NCBI GenBank assembly: GCA_016190755.1
Contig: JACPPY010000072.1
Span: 37,458-101,457 of the forward strand
DNA from: Chloroflexota bacterium
GTDB lineage: Bacteria; Chloroflexota; Dehalococcoidia; JACPPY01
Direction of reading: 5' to 3'
DNA length: 64,000 nucleotides
The translations under genes were made by a program, and so were the position numbers. The stretch's first letter is position 1. Each line of letters starts with the position of its first letter. The notes beneath the pieces are model-generated. The model made no database searches, had not been told where the DNA came from, and worked only from the letters and a program-made list of their open reading frames with translations. Below, piece by piece: positions 1 to 9,082 of this stretch.

Positions 1-62
1 AGGCAAACGGGACCAAGTATTTGTACGCGTGACAGGACAAACATCCCGATGATGCAATGGTA

Positions 63-1181
63 TTACGCCCGCCTCTTTCTTCGTCTCAGAACCAGGACGA
101 TGGCCAGAGCGGTGCCCCAGAAAGGCGCCAGGAATAGCACGTAGACGGCGAGGGTGAACAGGGCCTGTGATACGGCCACCAAGGCGTCTTTTGCGTCCTC
201 GAACACACCGGTGGCCTCCCACCCAGGTCCTCTGGTGACGTTGATCAGGGCCTTCTTGGTCTCGATATCGCTGACTCCCCTGGAATCGGTGATCCGGAGC
301 GACACAGTGTATATGCCCGGGTCTGCGTACTCGTGAATCGGGTTCTTCAGCTCACTTGTTTTGCCGTCCCCGAAGGACCACTCATAGGTGTAGGGAGGCT
401 CTCCCCCGGACGTCATGTCGGAGAACCTTATCTCGACGCCGGTTTTCACCTCCGTGGTAGGCGCGGAGAACTCGGCATCAAGAGCAGTCCCCTGCAGGTT
501 CACATTGATAAGCGAAGTACTGGAGCTGCGTTCCAGGAACTGCATGCGCCCGCGGGTCTGCTCGATATCGCCCCGCACCCTGGTCAGCTCGCGCTGGACG
601 TTTAAGGTCTCGTCTACTGTCCTGGCCTGCCCCATGAACCTGAGCAACTGTTGTTCCGTAGCCTCAAGGTTGCGCAAGCGGGACTGGAGATCGACATACT
701 CGTCGGAGACATCCTTAGAGGATATATCCTCCGAGGTCACCTTCGTGACCATTCCCCGGAGCGACCTCATCGTGGCGTCGAACTGCTCCGCCGGGACACG
801 TATGCTTATTGCGCCTGACTGCCGCTTGCCCTGTCCCCACGTCTTGGACGACACGACGTATCCACCCATCTGTGCGGCAAGCTGCGAGACACGCTCCACG
901 GCTCCGACCACGTCATCCGCCGTGGCTTCCACAGTAGCGGTGCGGATTATGAGGCGGTCGCCGGTGGAGGGTTGCTCGGGGGCTTTGGGCCCGCCTACGG
1001 CCGTCGTGGTGGTGGCCGCCGTCTTTGTCATCGTGCTCGTTACCGGGCGCGGCGGGGCCGGCGCGGCGCCGGACTTGCCGCCGTCGAAGGAGTCGGACCT
1101 TTCAGGGGATGACTTGGAGCACCCGATGGCAAAGATAGCAAAAAACAGGATAATCGCAAGTCCGAGAGTCAGCCTTTTCAT
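63..1181 (-). CDS. Membrane-anchored lipoprotein with DUF4349-like coiled-coil region and a PKD domain
   Basis: 372-aa ORF. Signal peptide ends in a lipobox-like FAIGC. Central coiled-coil-like segment (YVDLQSRLRNLEATEQQLLRFM...). PKD-like block (PPYTYEWSFGDGKTS...GIYTVSLRITDSRG). C-terminal hydrophobic helix followed by RRRKRRA. Confidence 0.7.
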   Translation of the reverse strand: MKRLTLGLAIILFFAIFAIGCSKSSPERSDSFDGGKSGAAPAPPRPVTSTMTKTAATTTTAVGGPKAPEQPSTGDRLIIRTATVEATADDVVGAVERVSQLAAQMGGYVVSSKTWGQGKRQSGAISIRVPAEQFDATMRSLRGMVTKVTSEDISSKDVSDEYVDLQSRLRNLEATEQQLLRFMGQARTVDETLNVQRELTRVRGDIEQTRGRMQFLERSSSTSLINVNLQGTALDAEFSAPTTEVKTGVEIRFSDMTSGGEPPYTYEWSFGDGKTSELKNPIHEYADPGIYTVSLRITDSRGVSDIETKKALINVTRGPGWEATGVFEDAKDALVAVSQALFTLAVYVLFLAPFWGTALAIVLVLRRRKRRA

Positions 1182-1302
1182 TCTCCGTTTCCTTCCCGCA
1201 GCGACAGCTTCCTTGGCGCCGATTATACCTCATATGCGCACAAGCTGAAATGAGGATTTCAGTACCGCCAAGGTATCGCACGATATGAGGAACCGCCGTC
1301 CG

Positions 1303-1947
1303 TCAGACGCCGTACTTGCCGGCTTTCTTGAGGAGTGACTCGCCTAGATATATCCCCAGGAAGGCCAGGTCTTCGGCGCAGAGGTACTGCGGGGCCGCGG
1401 CGTCGAAGAGTATACTGGCTGAGGCCTGCATCTCCTCGTCTGCCAGGTACAACACCACCCCCATAGGTATCTGGGGCAGCATGATGAACCTGTAGGCAGA
1501 GTCACCCATGCGGCTCATGAAGGTGCCGCCGAGCGATTCCGCCGCGCGGCGGAAGGACTCCTTGTCCGAGCCGAAGGCGCGCAGGAGCGGCTGCACCGCC
1601 ATGGCATCGAACCTGCGCTCGAACAGCATGGCGTCGGGCGCATACCGATAGGTTATCCAGATGCCCGCGGGCGGCGTGCCGTCGGCGTTGGTCAGGTAGT
1701 GCAGCAGGACCAGCTCAACCTCCGGAGGCGCCGGGTGCGATGTCTTCTCGTCCGTAACCAGCACCTCGGGCAGCTTCACCAAATAGATGTGGTCAAGGAA
1801 AGGTGCTTTGATGATATTGCCATCGTAATCGCAGCCCGCCTTGGCCGCCGTGGCGCTGGGCACGATCCTGGCAGCCGCCTCTCGCGCCTGGCGTAGCGCA
1901 GGCTTGGGAGAGACACCTTTGGGCCAGATCGGCCCAGGGTCTTTCAT
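1303..1947 (-). CDS. Hypothetical protein, DUF3786-like
   Basis: 214-aa ORF. Its start overlaps the ftsK stop (ATGA at 1944-1947), suggesting translational coupling. The pattern LLHYL...GIWITYR...LPQIPMGVVLYLADEEM.ASASILFD...YLCAEDL matches my recollection of DUF3786. I cannot verify this here. Confidence 0.5.
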   Translation of the reverse strand: MKDPGPIWPKGVSPKPALRQAREAAARIVPSATAAKAGCDYDGNIIKAPFLDHIYLVKLPEVLVTDEKTSHPAPPEVELVLLHYLTNADGTPPAGIWITYRYAPDAMLFERRFDAMAVQPLLRAFGSDKESFRRAAESLGGTFMSRMGDSAYRFIMLPQIPMGVVLYLADEEMQASASILFDAAAPQYLCAEDLAFLGIYLGESLLKKAGKYGV

Positions 1948-4193
1948 CCGGCCTCCGTGCCTTCCGCCTCGCCATCATCGTCATCTTTGCCCTTCTCTTT
2001 TTCCAGCAGGTCCATCAGGTGCGCGGCACGGGCATAGCCCACGCCGAGCCTCCGCTGGAGGAAGGAGGCCGAGATATGCCGGTGCTCCTGGGCCAGTCGT
2101 CGCGCCGCGGCAAGCATCGGGTCTTCCGGGCCGCCCTCAGCCCCGGGGTTGGCCGCAGTGAAGTCCTTGACCTTTATCGGCGTCACCAGGCCCTGTTGAC
2201 TGTTCCAGAAGAATACCACCTTTTCTATCTCCTGGTCGGAGATGAAGCAGCCCTGTACACGCCTCGGCTTGGCGGCATCAGTAGGCATGAATAGCATATC
2301 GCCCCTGCCCAGCAGTTTCTCCGCGCCTACCGAGTCCAGTATCGTGCGCGAGTCCACCTGCGAGGTCACGGCGAAGGAGATCCGTGTGGGGAAGTTGGCC
2401 TTGATGAGGCCTGTGATGACATCCACTGACGGCCTTTGCGTGGCTACGACTAGGTGTATGCCGGTGGCACGGGCAAGCTGGGCCAGCCGGCACAGCAAGC
2501 GCTCTACCTCGTCGGATGCCGTCATCATCAGATCGGCCAGTTCGTCCACTACCAGTACAAGGTACGGCATGGCCATGCCCGGCTGCTTCTCATGGAAGCC
2601 CTCGATGTTTCGTACGGACACCTTGCCGAAGATCTCATAGCGGCGATCCATCTCCCCGATGAGCCAGTGCAGCACGTCCACGGATTTCTCCGACTCTACC
2701 ACCACGGGAGCCACCAGGTGCGGTATGGAGTTGAATGCCACAAGCTCGACGCGCTTGGGGTCCACCATCAGGAATTGGACATCCTGTGGCGTGTTATACA
2801 TCAGTATGCTGGCTATTATGGTGTTCAGGCACACCGTCTTGCCGCTGCCGGTGGCGCCAGCTATGAGCAGGTGCGGCATCTTGGCCAGGTCGGCGGCCAC
2901 GGCCTCACCACCCGCCGCCTTCCCCAGCGCAAGGGCCAATCTGGAACGCGCCTTGACCTTCTGAAAAGCGGAGCTCTCCACAACGCTGCGCAGTGTGACG
3001 ACACCGCTGACGGTGTTCGGCACCTCGATGCCTACTACGGACTTTCCGGGTATAGGCGCCTCAATGCGCAAGGTCGACGCGCCAAGGTTCAGCGCCAGAT
3101 CGTTTGCCAGGGAGGCGATGCGTTCAACTTTAACCCTGGTGCGGGAGACCTCTTCATGCCGCACGGTAACATTGCCGTCGCCGTCTTTTTCTTTTATCTC
3201 CTTGAATTTGCGGTCCCATCCCGGCTCGACGCCGAACTGGGTGACGGCCGGCCCGACGTTTATCTCGACGACCTTGGCTTCAACTCCGTAGCTGGACAGC
3301 GCCTCTTCTATGAGTTTCGCCCGCTTGTTGTTGTCCGCATGGGCGACAACCTTCTCGGAGCCTTTCTCCAGCGTATCCGGCGCAGGCAGTTGCCAGCCGC
3401 TGGGTGTGAGCACAGACTTCGAGGCCAGCTTGCGCCATATCGTTTCCGCGGGTGCGGAGGCAGCAGGCTTGGCCTCCGCCTTTGGCTCGGCCTTAGCTGC
3501 TTTCGGGGGCTGATTTACAGGCTGTGCCTCGGCCCCGGCCTGAAGCGGCTCCGGCGCCTCAGGTGTGGCCGCTTCTTCCACCTGCCTTACATCAACCGGT
3601 ACGGTGTGCCGGCCGCGAAGCATTCGCCAGGCGCCGCGCAGGGCCAGGAAAAGGCCTTTGCCCCCGGCTTTGAATGCTCTTACCGTGCCTCGTGGCGTAA
3701 CCAGCAGAAAGCCGAGCAGCGCAAATCCGGCGACTCGCAGAGCGCCGATAATATCCGGGCTGTGCAGGAGACCCTGGCCTGCATATCCGCCCAGGCTGGC
3801 CTCGCTCCATATACCTTCGGAAGTGTAGAAGAAGGCCAGCAAGGCCCAGACCGCCGTGAGGAAAGCGGCTGCGCCCAGCCAGTGGTTCCAGTGCCGCAGG
3901 AAAGGCTTGAAGCCTCGCCATATGAGGAACACCACGCCGCCCACGGCTATCGCCGTTATGATAATGCCGTAGCCCAGGCTGCGCAGTGTGGTCGTTGCGA
4001 CGCCTTGGCTCCACAGGTATGCGTGGGGGGATGCCCAGTAGATGCCGTAGCCCAATCCGGCAACGATCAGGAAGCGCCACAGTACGGGCGAAGCGAAGAA
4101 CCTCCGCAGGTCGAACGAAGAAGAGCTGCCGCGGGACTTGCCTGAGGGCTTCTTTGCGGCATGGGCCGCTTTCTTCTTTGCCAGCCTCGCCAC
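1944..4193 (-). CDS. ftsK: DNA translocase FtsK/SpoIIIE
   Basis: 749 aa. N-terminal TM helices and an Ala/Pro/Lys-rich linker. Walker A GATGSGKT and Walker B-like VVDELADLMM. C-terminal gamma winged helix (SASFLQRRLGVGYARAAHLMDLLE). Confidence 0.9.
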   Translation of the reverse strand: MARLAKKKAAHAAKKPSGKSRGSSSSFDLRRFFASPVLWRFLIVAGLGYGIYWASPHAYLWSQGVATTTLRSLGYGIIITAIAVGGVVFLIWRGFKPFLRHWNHWLGAAAFLTAVWALLAFFYTSEGIWSEASLGGYAGQGLLHSPDIIGALRVAGFALLGFLLVTPRGTVRAFKAGGKGLFLALRGAWRMLRGRHTVPVDVRQVEEAATPEAPEPLQAGAEAQPVNQPPKAAKAEPKAEAKPAASAPAETIWRKLASKSVLTPSGWQLPAPDTLEKGSEKVVAHADNNKRAKLIEEALSSYGVEAKVVEINVGPAVTQFGVEPGWDRKFKEIKEKDGDGNVTVRHEEVSRTRVKVERIASLANDLALNLGASTLRIEAPIPGKSVVGIEVPNTVSGVVTLRSVVESSAFQKVKARSRLALALGKAAGGEAVAADLAKMPHLLIAGATGSGKTVCLNTIIASILMYNTPQDVQFLMVDPKRVELVAFNSIPHLVAPVVVESEKSVDVLHWLIGEMDRRYEIFGKVSVRNIEGFHEKQPGMAMPYLVLVVDELADLMMTASDEVERLLCRLAQLARATGIHLVVATQRPSVDVITGLIKANFPTRISFAVTSQVDSRTILDSVGAEKLLGRGDMLFMPTDAAKPRRVQGCFISDQEIEKVVFFWNSQQGLVTPIKVKDFTAANPGAEGGPEDPMLAAARRLAQEHRHISASFLQRRLGVGYARAAHLMDLLEKEKGKDDDDGEAEGTEAG

Positions 4194-4196
4194 CCG

Positions 4197-5861
4197 CTAC
4201 ACCTCGACCAGTACAGGCAAAATCATCGGGCGCAGCCTGGTCCGCTCGTAGAAAAAGCGGGCAAGGACCTCTTTAACCCGGGCATTCACGTAGGCCCACT
4301 CCGCCTTGCCAGGGCTATCCGGGCTGAGGGCCTTAGCCACAACATCGCGAGCCTGGTCCAGCATCTCGCGGTTCTCGTGTTCCTGCTCATCCACGAAGCC
4401 ACGCGAGGCGATATCCGGACGCCCGACTAGTGCGCCATGCTGCTTGTCCATGGCAAGCATCACTACCACTATGCCGTCCTGAGATAACTGCTTCCGGTCA
4501 CGCAGCACAACGTCGCGCACGCCGCGTACGCCCACGCCGTTCACATACACCGGTGCGGCGGTGGCTTTGCCGACCACCTTGCCGGAGTCGGGCCCAAGCT
4601 CGAGTACGTCGCCATCCTCAATTATGAAAATATGGTCGTCGGGTATGCCCATGGAGCGCGCCAGGTCGGCGTGCATGCTCAGGTGACGGTACTCGCCGTG
4701 TACGGGCACAAAGAACTGCGGGCGTACCAGGTTCATCAGCAGCTTCAACTCCTCCTGGCTGCCGTGGCCGTGCACATGGACCATCGCCACCCGGTCCCAC
4801 AGCACCTTCGCTCCCTGCCGGAAGAGGCTGTCTATCGTGCTGTTCACCAGCGCTTCGTTGCCCGGCACGGGCGTGGCAGACATGACCACAGTATCGCCGG
4901 GTATGATATGTAACTGCTTGTGGTCCCGGTTGGCTATGCGTACCAGCGCGGAGGTGGGCTCTCCCTGGGAGCCCGTGGTGACCAGTGCCACCTTTTCGTG
5001 TGGCAGGCCGCGTATCTGGTCTAGCGTGCGCAGCACATTCTGCGGGTCTTGCAAGTATCCCAGGTCCCGCGCCATACGCACAGTTTCGGTCATGCTCCGG
5101 CCCACTATGGACACATACCTCCCGTGGCGCGCTGCCCCATCTATGACCTGCTGCACGCGCGATACCAGGGAAGAGAAGGTCGTTACGATAACTCTGCCCG
5201 GGGCCTGGCCCAGGACGTTGTCCAGCGTTTCACCTACGATCTTCTCCGACGGCGTATAGCCCGGCAGGTCCGCGTAGGTCGAGTCAGACAGAAGCAGCAG
5301 CGGGCCTTGAGCCCCCAGTTCAGCCAGCTTGGCGAACTCGCTCGGATGGCCGAATACGGGCGTATATTCCACCTTGAAGTCGCCGCTATGCACCACGACA
5401 CCGACTGGAGTTCGTATGATCAGGCCGGCGGCGTCCGGAATACTGTGGCAGACGGAGAAAAATTGCACCTTGAACTTTCCCAGGTCTACCGTCTGTCCCG
5501 GCGCCACCTCTCTCAGCTTGGCTTCGTGCTTCATCCGGCTCTCTTTCAGCTTGACGGACACCAGGCCAAGTGTTAGGCGTGTAGCGTAAACGGGTACCTT
5601 CAGCTCATGCAGCACGTACGGGAGCGCACCCGTGTGGTCCTCGTGCCCGTGGGTGATGAGTATGCCGCGGACCTTGTTTCGTCGCTCCCTGAGGTAGGAA
5701 ATATCGGGTATTACTAGGTCGACGCCAAACATCTCTTGCTTGGGAAACGACAGGCCGGCGTCGATAACGATGATATCGTCGGGCAGTTCCAGGACGAGCA
5801 TATTCCTGCCTATCTCGCCCACACCGCCGAGAGGGATTATGCGGAGCTTTTGCCTGGGCAT
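4197..5861 (-). CDS. rnj: Ribonuclease J
   Basis: 554 aa. N-terminus RIIPLGGVGEIGRNM. Metallo-beta-lactamase motif HGHEDHTGALPYV. Length and beta-CASP-type architecture fit RNase J. The gene ends 3 nt before the ftsK start. Confidence 0.9.
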   Translation of the reverse strand: MPRQKLRIIPLGGVGEIGRNMLVLELPDDIIVIDAGLSFPKQEMFGVDLVIPDISYLRERRNKVRGILITHGHEDHTGALPYVLHELKVPVYATRLTLGLVSVKLKESRMKHEAKLREVAPGQTVDLGKFKVQFFSVCHSIPDAAGLIIRTPVGVVVHSGDFKVEYTPVFGHPSEFAKLAELGAQGPLLLLSDSTYADLPGYTPSEKIVGETLDNVLGQAPGRVIVTTFSSLVSRVQQVIDGAARHGRYVSIVGRSMTETVRMARDLGYLQDPQNVLRTLDQIRGLPHEKVALVTTGSQGEPTSALVRIANRDHKQLHIIPGDTVVMSATPVPGNEALVNSTIDSLFRQGAKVLWDRVAMVHVHGHGSQEELKLLMNLVRPQFFVPVHGEYRHLSMHADLARSMGIPDDHIFIIEDGDVLELGPDSGKVVGKATAAPVYVNGVGVRGVRDVVLRDRKQLSQDGIVVVMLAMDKQHGALVGRPDIASRGFVDEQEHENREMLDQARDVVAKALSPDSPGKAEWAYVNARVKEVLARFFYERTRLRPMILPVLVEV

Positions 5862-5899
5862 CGGATAACCTCGCCGCAGTTATTCAGGACTGTTCCTGG

Positions 5900-6586
5900 C
5901 TAGAACATCCCGAGCTGCTTTGCCTGCGTGCCTCCGTCGCCCTTGCCCATTTGCGCCAGAAGCTCTGGTACCTTCAGCATGTCAGCCTTAAGTGTTTGAC
6001 GCAGGCTTCCCTGATGCAGGGCGGCAGCCGGGTGATACATAGGGAAGTATATGATGCTGTCCCGTTTCCTGGCCTTGCCGTGGATCTTGCCTATGCTTTC
6101 GCCGGGAAAGAACCTTACCATGGAGTAACGCCCCAGCGTCACGATCATTTTAGGCTTGATCACCTCAATCTGCTTATCGAGCCACTTGCGGCAAGACTGT
6201 ATCTCGCCGGGCAGAGGGTCGCGGTTGTTCGGCGGACGGCACTTCACCACATTGGCGATGAATACCTGGTCGCGCCGGAGGTTTATCGAGGCCAGAAGCT
6301 GCTCCAGGAAACGTCCGGCCGCGCCTACAAAAGGCCGTCCTTCCTGGTCTTCATGGAATCCCGGCGCCTCGCCGATGAACAATATGCTGGAGTGCTCCGG
6401 ACCTTCTCCGGGGACCACCCTGGTACGCTGACTGGCAAGCTCGCAGTCGGTACAGCTCTCGATCTCGTGGTTAAGACTGTCGAGCGTTGACATTTCGTCG
6501 GTATGATAACATCCGACCAGAGAGGCGTCAATGAACCGACGACTCGGGGTCATCTTGTTGTGTGCCTCCGGGCTATCTGCTACCAT
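5900..6586 (-). CDS. Uracil-DNA glycosylase, family 4
   Basis: Motifs CTDCELAS, PGEGP, LFIGEAPG..EDQEGRPFVGAAGRFL and NVVKCRPPNNRDP. Start is uncertain: in-frame ATGs at 6586, 6553 and 6493. Confidence 0.85.
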   Translation of the reverse strand: MVADSPEAHNKMTPSRRFIDASLVGCYHTDEMSTLDSLNHEIESCTDCELASQRTRVVPGEGPEHSSILFIGEAPGFHEDQEGRPFVGAAGRFLEQLLASINLRRDQVFIANVVKCRPPNNRDPLPGEIQSCRKWLDKQIEVIKPKMIVTLGRYSMVRFFPGESIGKIHGKARKRDSIIYFPMYHPAAALHQGSLRQTLKADMLKVPELLAQMGKGDGGTQAKQLGMF

Positions 6587-6655
6587 AACATAGCAGTTTG
6601 TCCAGATCGAACACGGCCCGTAGCTCTCGGACTAACAACTGCAGGAAGAAAAGCT

Positions 6656-7189
6656 ATGTCCTTCAAGAGTGTGTCATTCATAGTGATCGCCATCGCCGTC
6701 GCGGGGTTTCTCGGCCTGATGGCGTACGGATTGGCCACTAAGACGGCGCCTACCGCCGGGAGCGGCCAGGCCAGGCTGAACAAGCCAGCGACCGATTTCC
6801 AGCTCCAGCTTTTCGATGGCGGGCAACTGAAGCTCTCGGAGTTCAAGGGGCGACCGGTCGTGGTTAACTTCTGGGCCTCATGGTGTCCGCCCTGTCGGGA
6901 GGAAGCTCAACTTCTGGAAAGCACATGGCGCGCCTACCGTGACAGAGGTGTGGCCTTCGTCGGGGTGGATATCCAGGACAGGGAGGCGGACGCCAGGGCG
7001 TACATCAAAGAGTTCGGTATAACCTATCCAAACGGTCCGGATCCGGGGAGTGAGATCGCCATCGACTATGGTGTTTCCGGGATACCCGTCACTTTCTTCA
7101 TCTCCAGGGATGGCTACATAGTCAACCGGTGGGTGGGTGCCATCAATAAGAAGGTCCTTGTTGCCTATATCGAGGAATTGATGCGATGA
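6656..7189 (+). CDS. TlpA/ResA/CcmG-family thiol:disulfide oxidoreductase (membrane anchored)
   Basis: Track ORF 6503-7189 trimmed to ATG 6656 (MSFKSVSFIVIAIAVAGFLGL signal anchor). Thioredoxin active site WASWCPPCREE. Confidence 0.85.
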   Translation: MSFKSVSFIVIAIAVAGFLGLMAYGLATKTAPTAGSGQARLNKPATDFQLQLFDGGQLKLSEFKGRPVVVNFWASWCPPCREEAQLLESTWRAYRDRGVAFVGVDIQDREADARAYIKEFGITYPNGPDPGSEIAIDYGVSGIPVTFFISRDGYIVNRWVGAINKKVLVAYIEELMR

Positions 7190-7920
7190 GCGACCTGGTA
7201 CCCCAAGTCGGCTGGCTCGTCGCTTTCACCGCAGGGGTATTCTCTTTCGTATCTCCTTGCGTCCTGCCGCTGGTCCCAGGATACCTATCCTATGTCTCGG
7301 GGGTGTCATTGGATGCCACCACCCAGAGGAACAGGGGCGAGACGGTCCGGATCCTAAAGTCGAGCCTCCTTTTTGTGTCGGGTTTCTCCATGGTCTTCAT
7401 TGTGCTGGGCGCGTCCTTCTCGTTGGTAGGGTCTTTCTTCGAGACTTACAGGAAGCCTCTAACCATCGCCGCCGGTGCGGTCATGGTGGGCATGGGCCTG
7501 GTCGTCTCGGGGCTCTTAAGTCCTACGTTCCTCAACCGGGAACTCAAGTTCCACCCCAGAAATGGCTCCCCCAGCCATGGCGGGACCCTCCTCCTCGGCA
7601 TGGCGTTTGCCTTTGGCTGGACTCCGTGCATAGGCCCTGTACTTGCTTCCATACTCTTCTATGCGGCTGCCGCGACCACGATGGCCCAAGGGACGGCCCT
7701 GCTATCGCTTTACTCGTTGGGCCTGGCCATACCCTTTGTCGCCACCGGGATTTTCTTCAGCAGGGCGCTGGGCGCCTTCTCATGGGTAAGACGTCACTAC
7801 AACTGGATCAGGCTGGTCAACGGAGGCCTCCTTGTGGGCGTCGGCGTTCTCTTTCTGACCGGCAAGGTCTTCTATTTCAGCCTAATGTTCCAGAAGCTGT
7901 ACTACAAGTGGTTCTATTGA
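7186..7920 (+). CDS. ccdA: Cytochrome c biogenesis thiol-reductant transporter CcdA (DsbD-like)
   Basis: 244 aa, polytopic. Conserved Cys motifs SPCVLPLVPGYLSYVSG and WTPCIGPVL. Start overlaps the upstream stop (ATGA). Confidence 0.85.
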   Translation: MSDLVPQVGWLVAFTAGVFSFVSPCVLPLVPGYLSYVSGVSLDATTQRNRGETVRILKSSLLFVSGFSMVFIVLGASFSLVGSFFETYRKPLTIAAGAVMVGMGLVVSGLLSPTFLNRELKFHPRNGSPSHGGTLLLGMAFAFGWTPCIGPVLASILFYAAAATTMAQGTALLSLYSLGLAIPFVATGIFFSRALGAFSWVRRHYNWIRLVNGGLLVGVGVLFLTGKVFYFSLMFQKLYYKWFY

Positions 7921-7942
7921 TGGGAGAAAGGCCGTAGAAGCT

Positions 7943-8422
7943 ATGGGGACCGTTGATATCTTTCTGCTCGTGATACGGTGGCTTCATGTACTGGCGGCAG
8001 CGGCGTTGGTCGGGGGAGGCATATTCTACGTGCTCGGCCTTCGCCTGGCGGGAGCAAAGGTCCTGGCCCAGGGTGATGCAGACCGGTCCCGTCAGGTCAA
8101 GTCCGAAAGGTCAAAGCTGGCAGGGGGATTTTTGGCCATTATCGTGGCCAGCGGGCTGGTGCTCGGGCTTGACCGGCTGTCGCGGCCGGAGGTGAACGGT
8201 GTCTATCTCGCTCTGCTCGTATTGAAGTTGCTATTGGCTGGCAGCACACTGTCTCTGGTGCGCAGGCTGGCGTGGCGGCCTGGGGCTGAAGGACGGGCGC
8301 ATCTCCCGGGACGATGGGGGTCCATGACTGTCTCGAACCTTATGCTCGCGCTGGGTGCGGCCACCTTCCTGGTTTCAGTATTCTTGAGGGCGGTATTCGA
8401 GGTCGCCCTGAGGCAGGGATGA
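7943..8422 (+). CDS. Integral membrane protein, unknown function
   Basis: 159 aa with about 4 hydrophobic helices and no motif I recognise. Embedded between ccdA and the ccmH-like gene. Its stop overlaps the next start (ATGA at 8419-8422). Confidence 0.5.
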   Translation: MGTVDIFLLVIRWLHVLAAAALVGGGIFYVLGLRLAGAKVLAQGDADRSRQVKSERSKLAGGFLAIIVASGLVLGLDRLSRPEVNGVYLALLVLKLLLAGSTLSLVRRLAWRPGAEGRAHLPGRWGSMTVSNLMLALGAATFLVSVFLRAVFEVALRQG

Positions 8423-8928
8423 GAGGAGTGGAGTTGCTGGTGAAGCGAGGGCCGCTGCTACTCCTTGGCTGCCTCGCACTCCTTCTCTTGCTGGCAGCAT
8501 CGTGCGCTGCCAGGCCGGCGCCCAACCTTGAGGAGCAAGCTCGTGATATCGAGCGGAGCCTGATCTGTCCTATCTGCCCCACTGACACGCTCGACGTGGC
8601 GGATAACCAACTGTCCAGGGACATGAAAGCGGTCATCCGGAAGAAACTGGCCCAGGGAGAGTCAAAGGAGCAAATCATCCAGTACTTCGTGGATCGATAT
8701 GGAGAGGGCATACTGACCGCCCCGCCAAGGCGGGGGTTCAACCTCCTACTTTACGCTCTGCCTTTCGCCGCGGTAGGAGCAGGGGCCTACCTCACCTGGA
8801 GATTAGTCCACCGGGCCAGCGCCCGCCGGCTGAATGCCACACCCGCCCAACAGTCGGGCGAAGACGCCGCAAAACTGGCGCAATACCAGGATCGTGTCCG
8901 CAAGGAGCTCGAAGACTACCGGAGATAG
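8419..8928 (+). CDS. ccmH: Cytochrome c-type biogenesis protein CcmH/NrfF-like
   Basis: Track ORF 8314-8928 trimmed to ATG 8419. Signal peptide, CxxC heme-handling motif LICPICPTDTLDVADNQLSRDMK, and a C-terminal TM helix. Confidence 0.75.
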   Translation: MRGVELLVKRGPLLLLGCLALLLLLAASCAARPAPNLEEQARDIERSLICPICPTDTLDVADNQLSRDMKAVIRKKLAQGESKEQIIQYFVDRYGEGILTAPPRRGFNLLLYALPFAAVGAGAYLTWRLVHRASARRLNATPAQQSGEDAAKLAQYQDRVRKELEDYRR

Positions 8929-9025
8929 TCCTCCGCGGCCGATATTGGCAGCCTGCAGGTCGATGCCCCTTGCGTCAAATAAGGATGAAGTTTCCTCGCG
9001 TGCTGGCCGTGGGCCTGTACTTAGC

Positions 9026-9055
9026 TTGACATAGCCTGCGGAAAACTGCTAGCTT
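9026..9055 (+). promoter_or_regulatory. Putative sigma70-type promoter of the AOR gene
   Basis: TTGACA (9026-9031), 18-nt spacer, TAGCTT (9050-9055). It lies about 27 nt upstream of the GGGAGG RBS and ATG 9083. Pattern match only. Confidence 0.3.
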
Positions 9056-9082
9056 AGGAACAATTATCGGGAGGTTAAGAAC

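Noticed and set aside
2454-4145. 563-aa ORF antisense to ftsK. Similar long antisense ORFs occur at 9272-10426, 20397-21293, 35585-37306 and 46343-47776.
   Set aside because: Each lies opposite a gene with strong family motifs. Their products are Arg/Gly/His/Pro/Leu-rich with no recognisable domain. Long open antisense frames are expected in GC-rich DNA.
6656-8928. A mixed System I/System II cytochrome c maturation set (ResA/CcdA with CcmH) as an oddity.
   Set aside because: TlpA/CcmG-type thioredoxin plus CcdA plus CcmH is a known, coherent thiol-reduction branch for System I variants. The absence of CcmF/ResBC here just means they are encoded outside the window.
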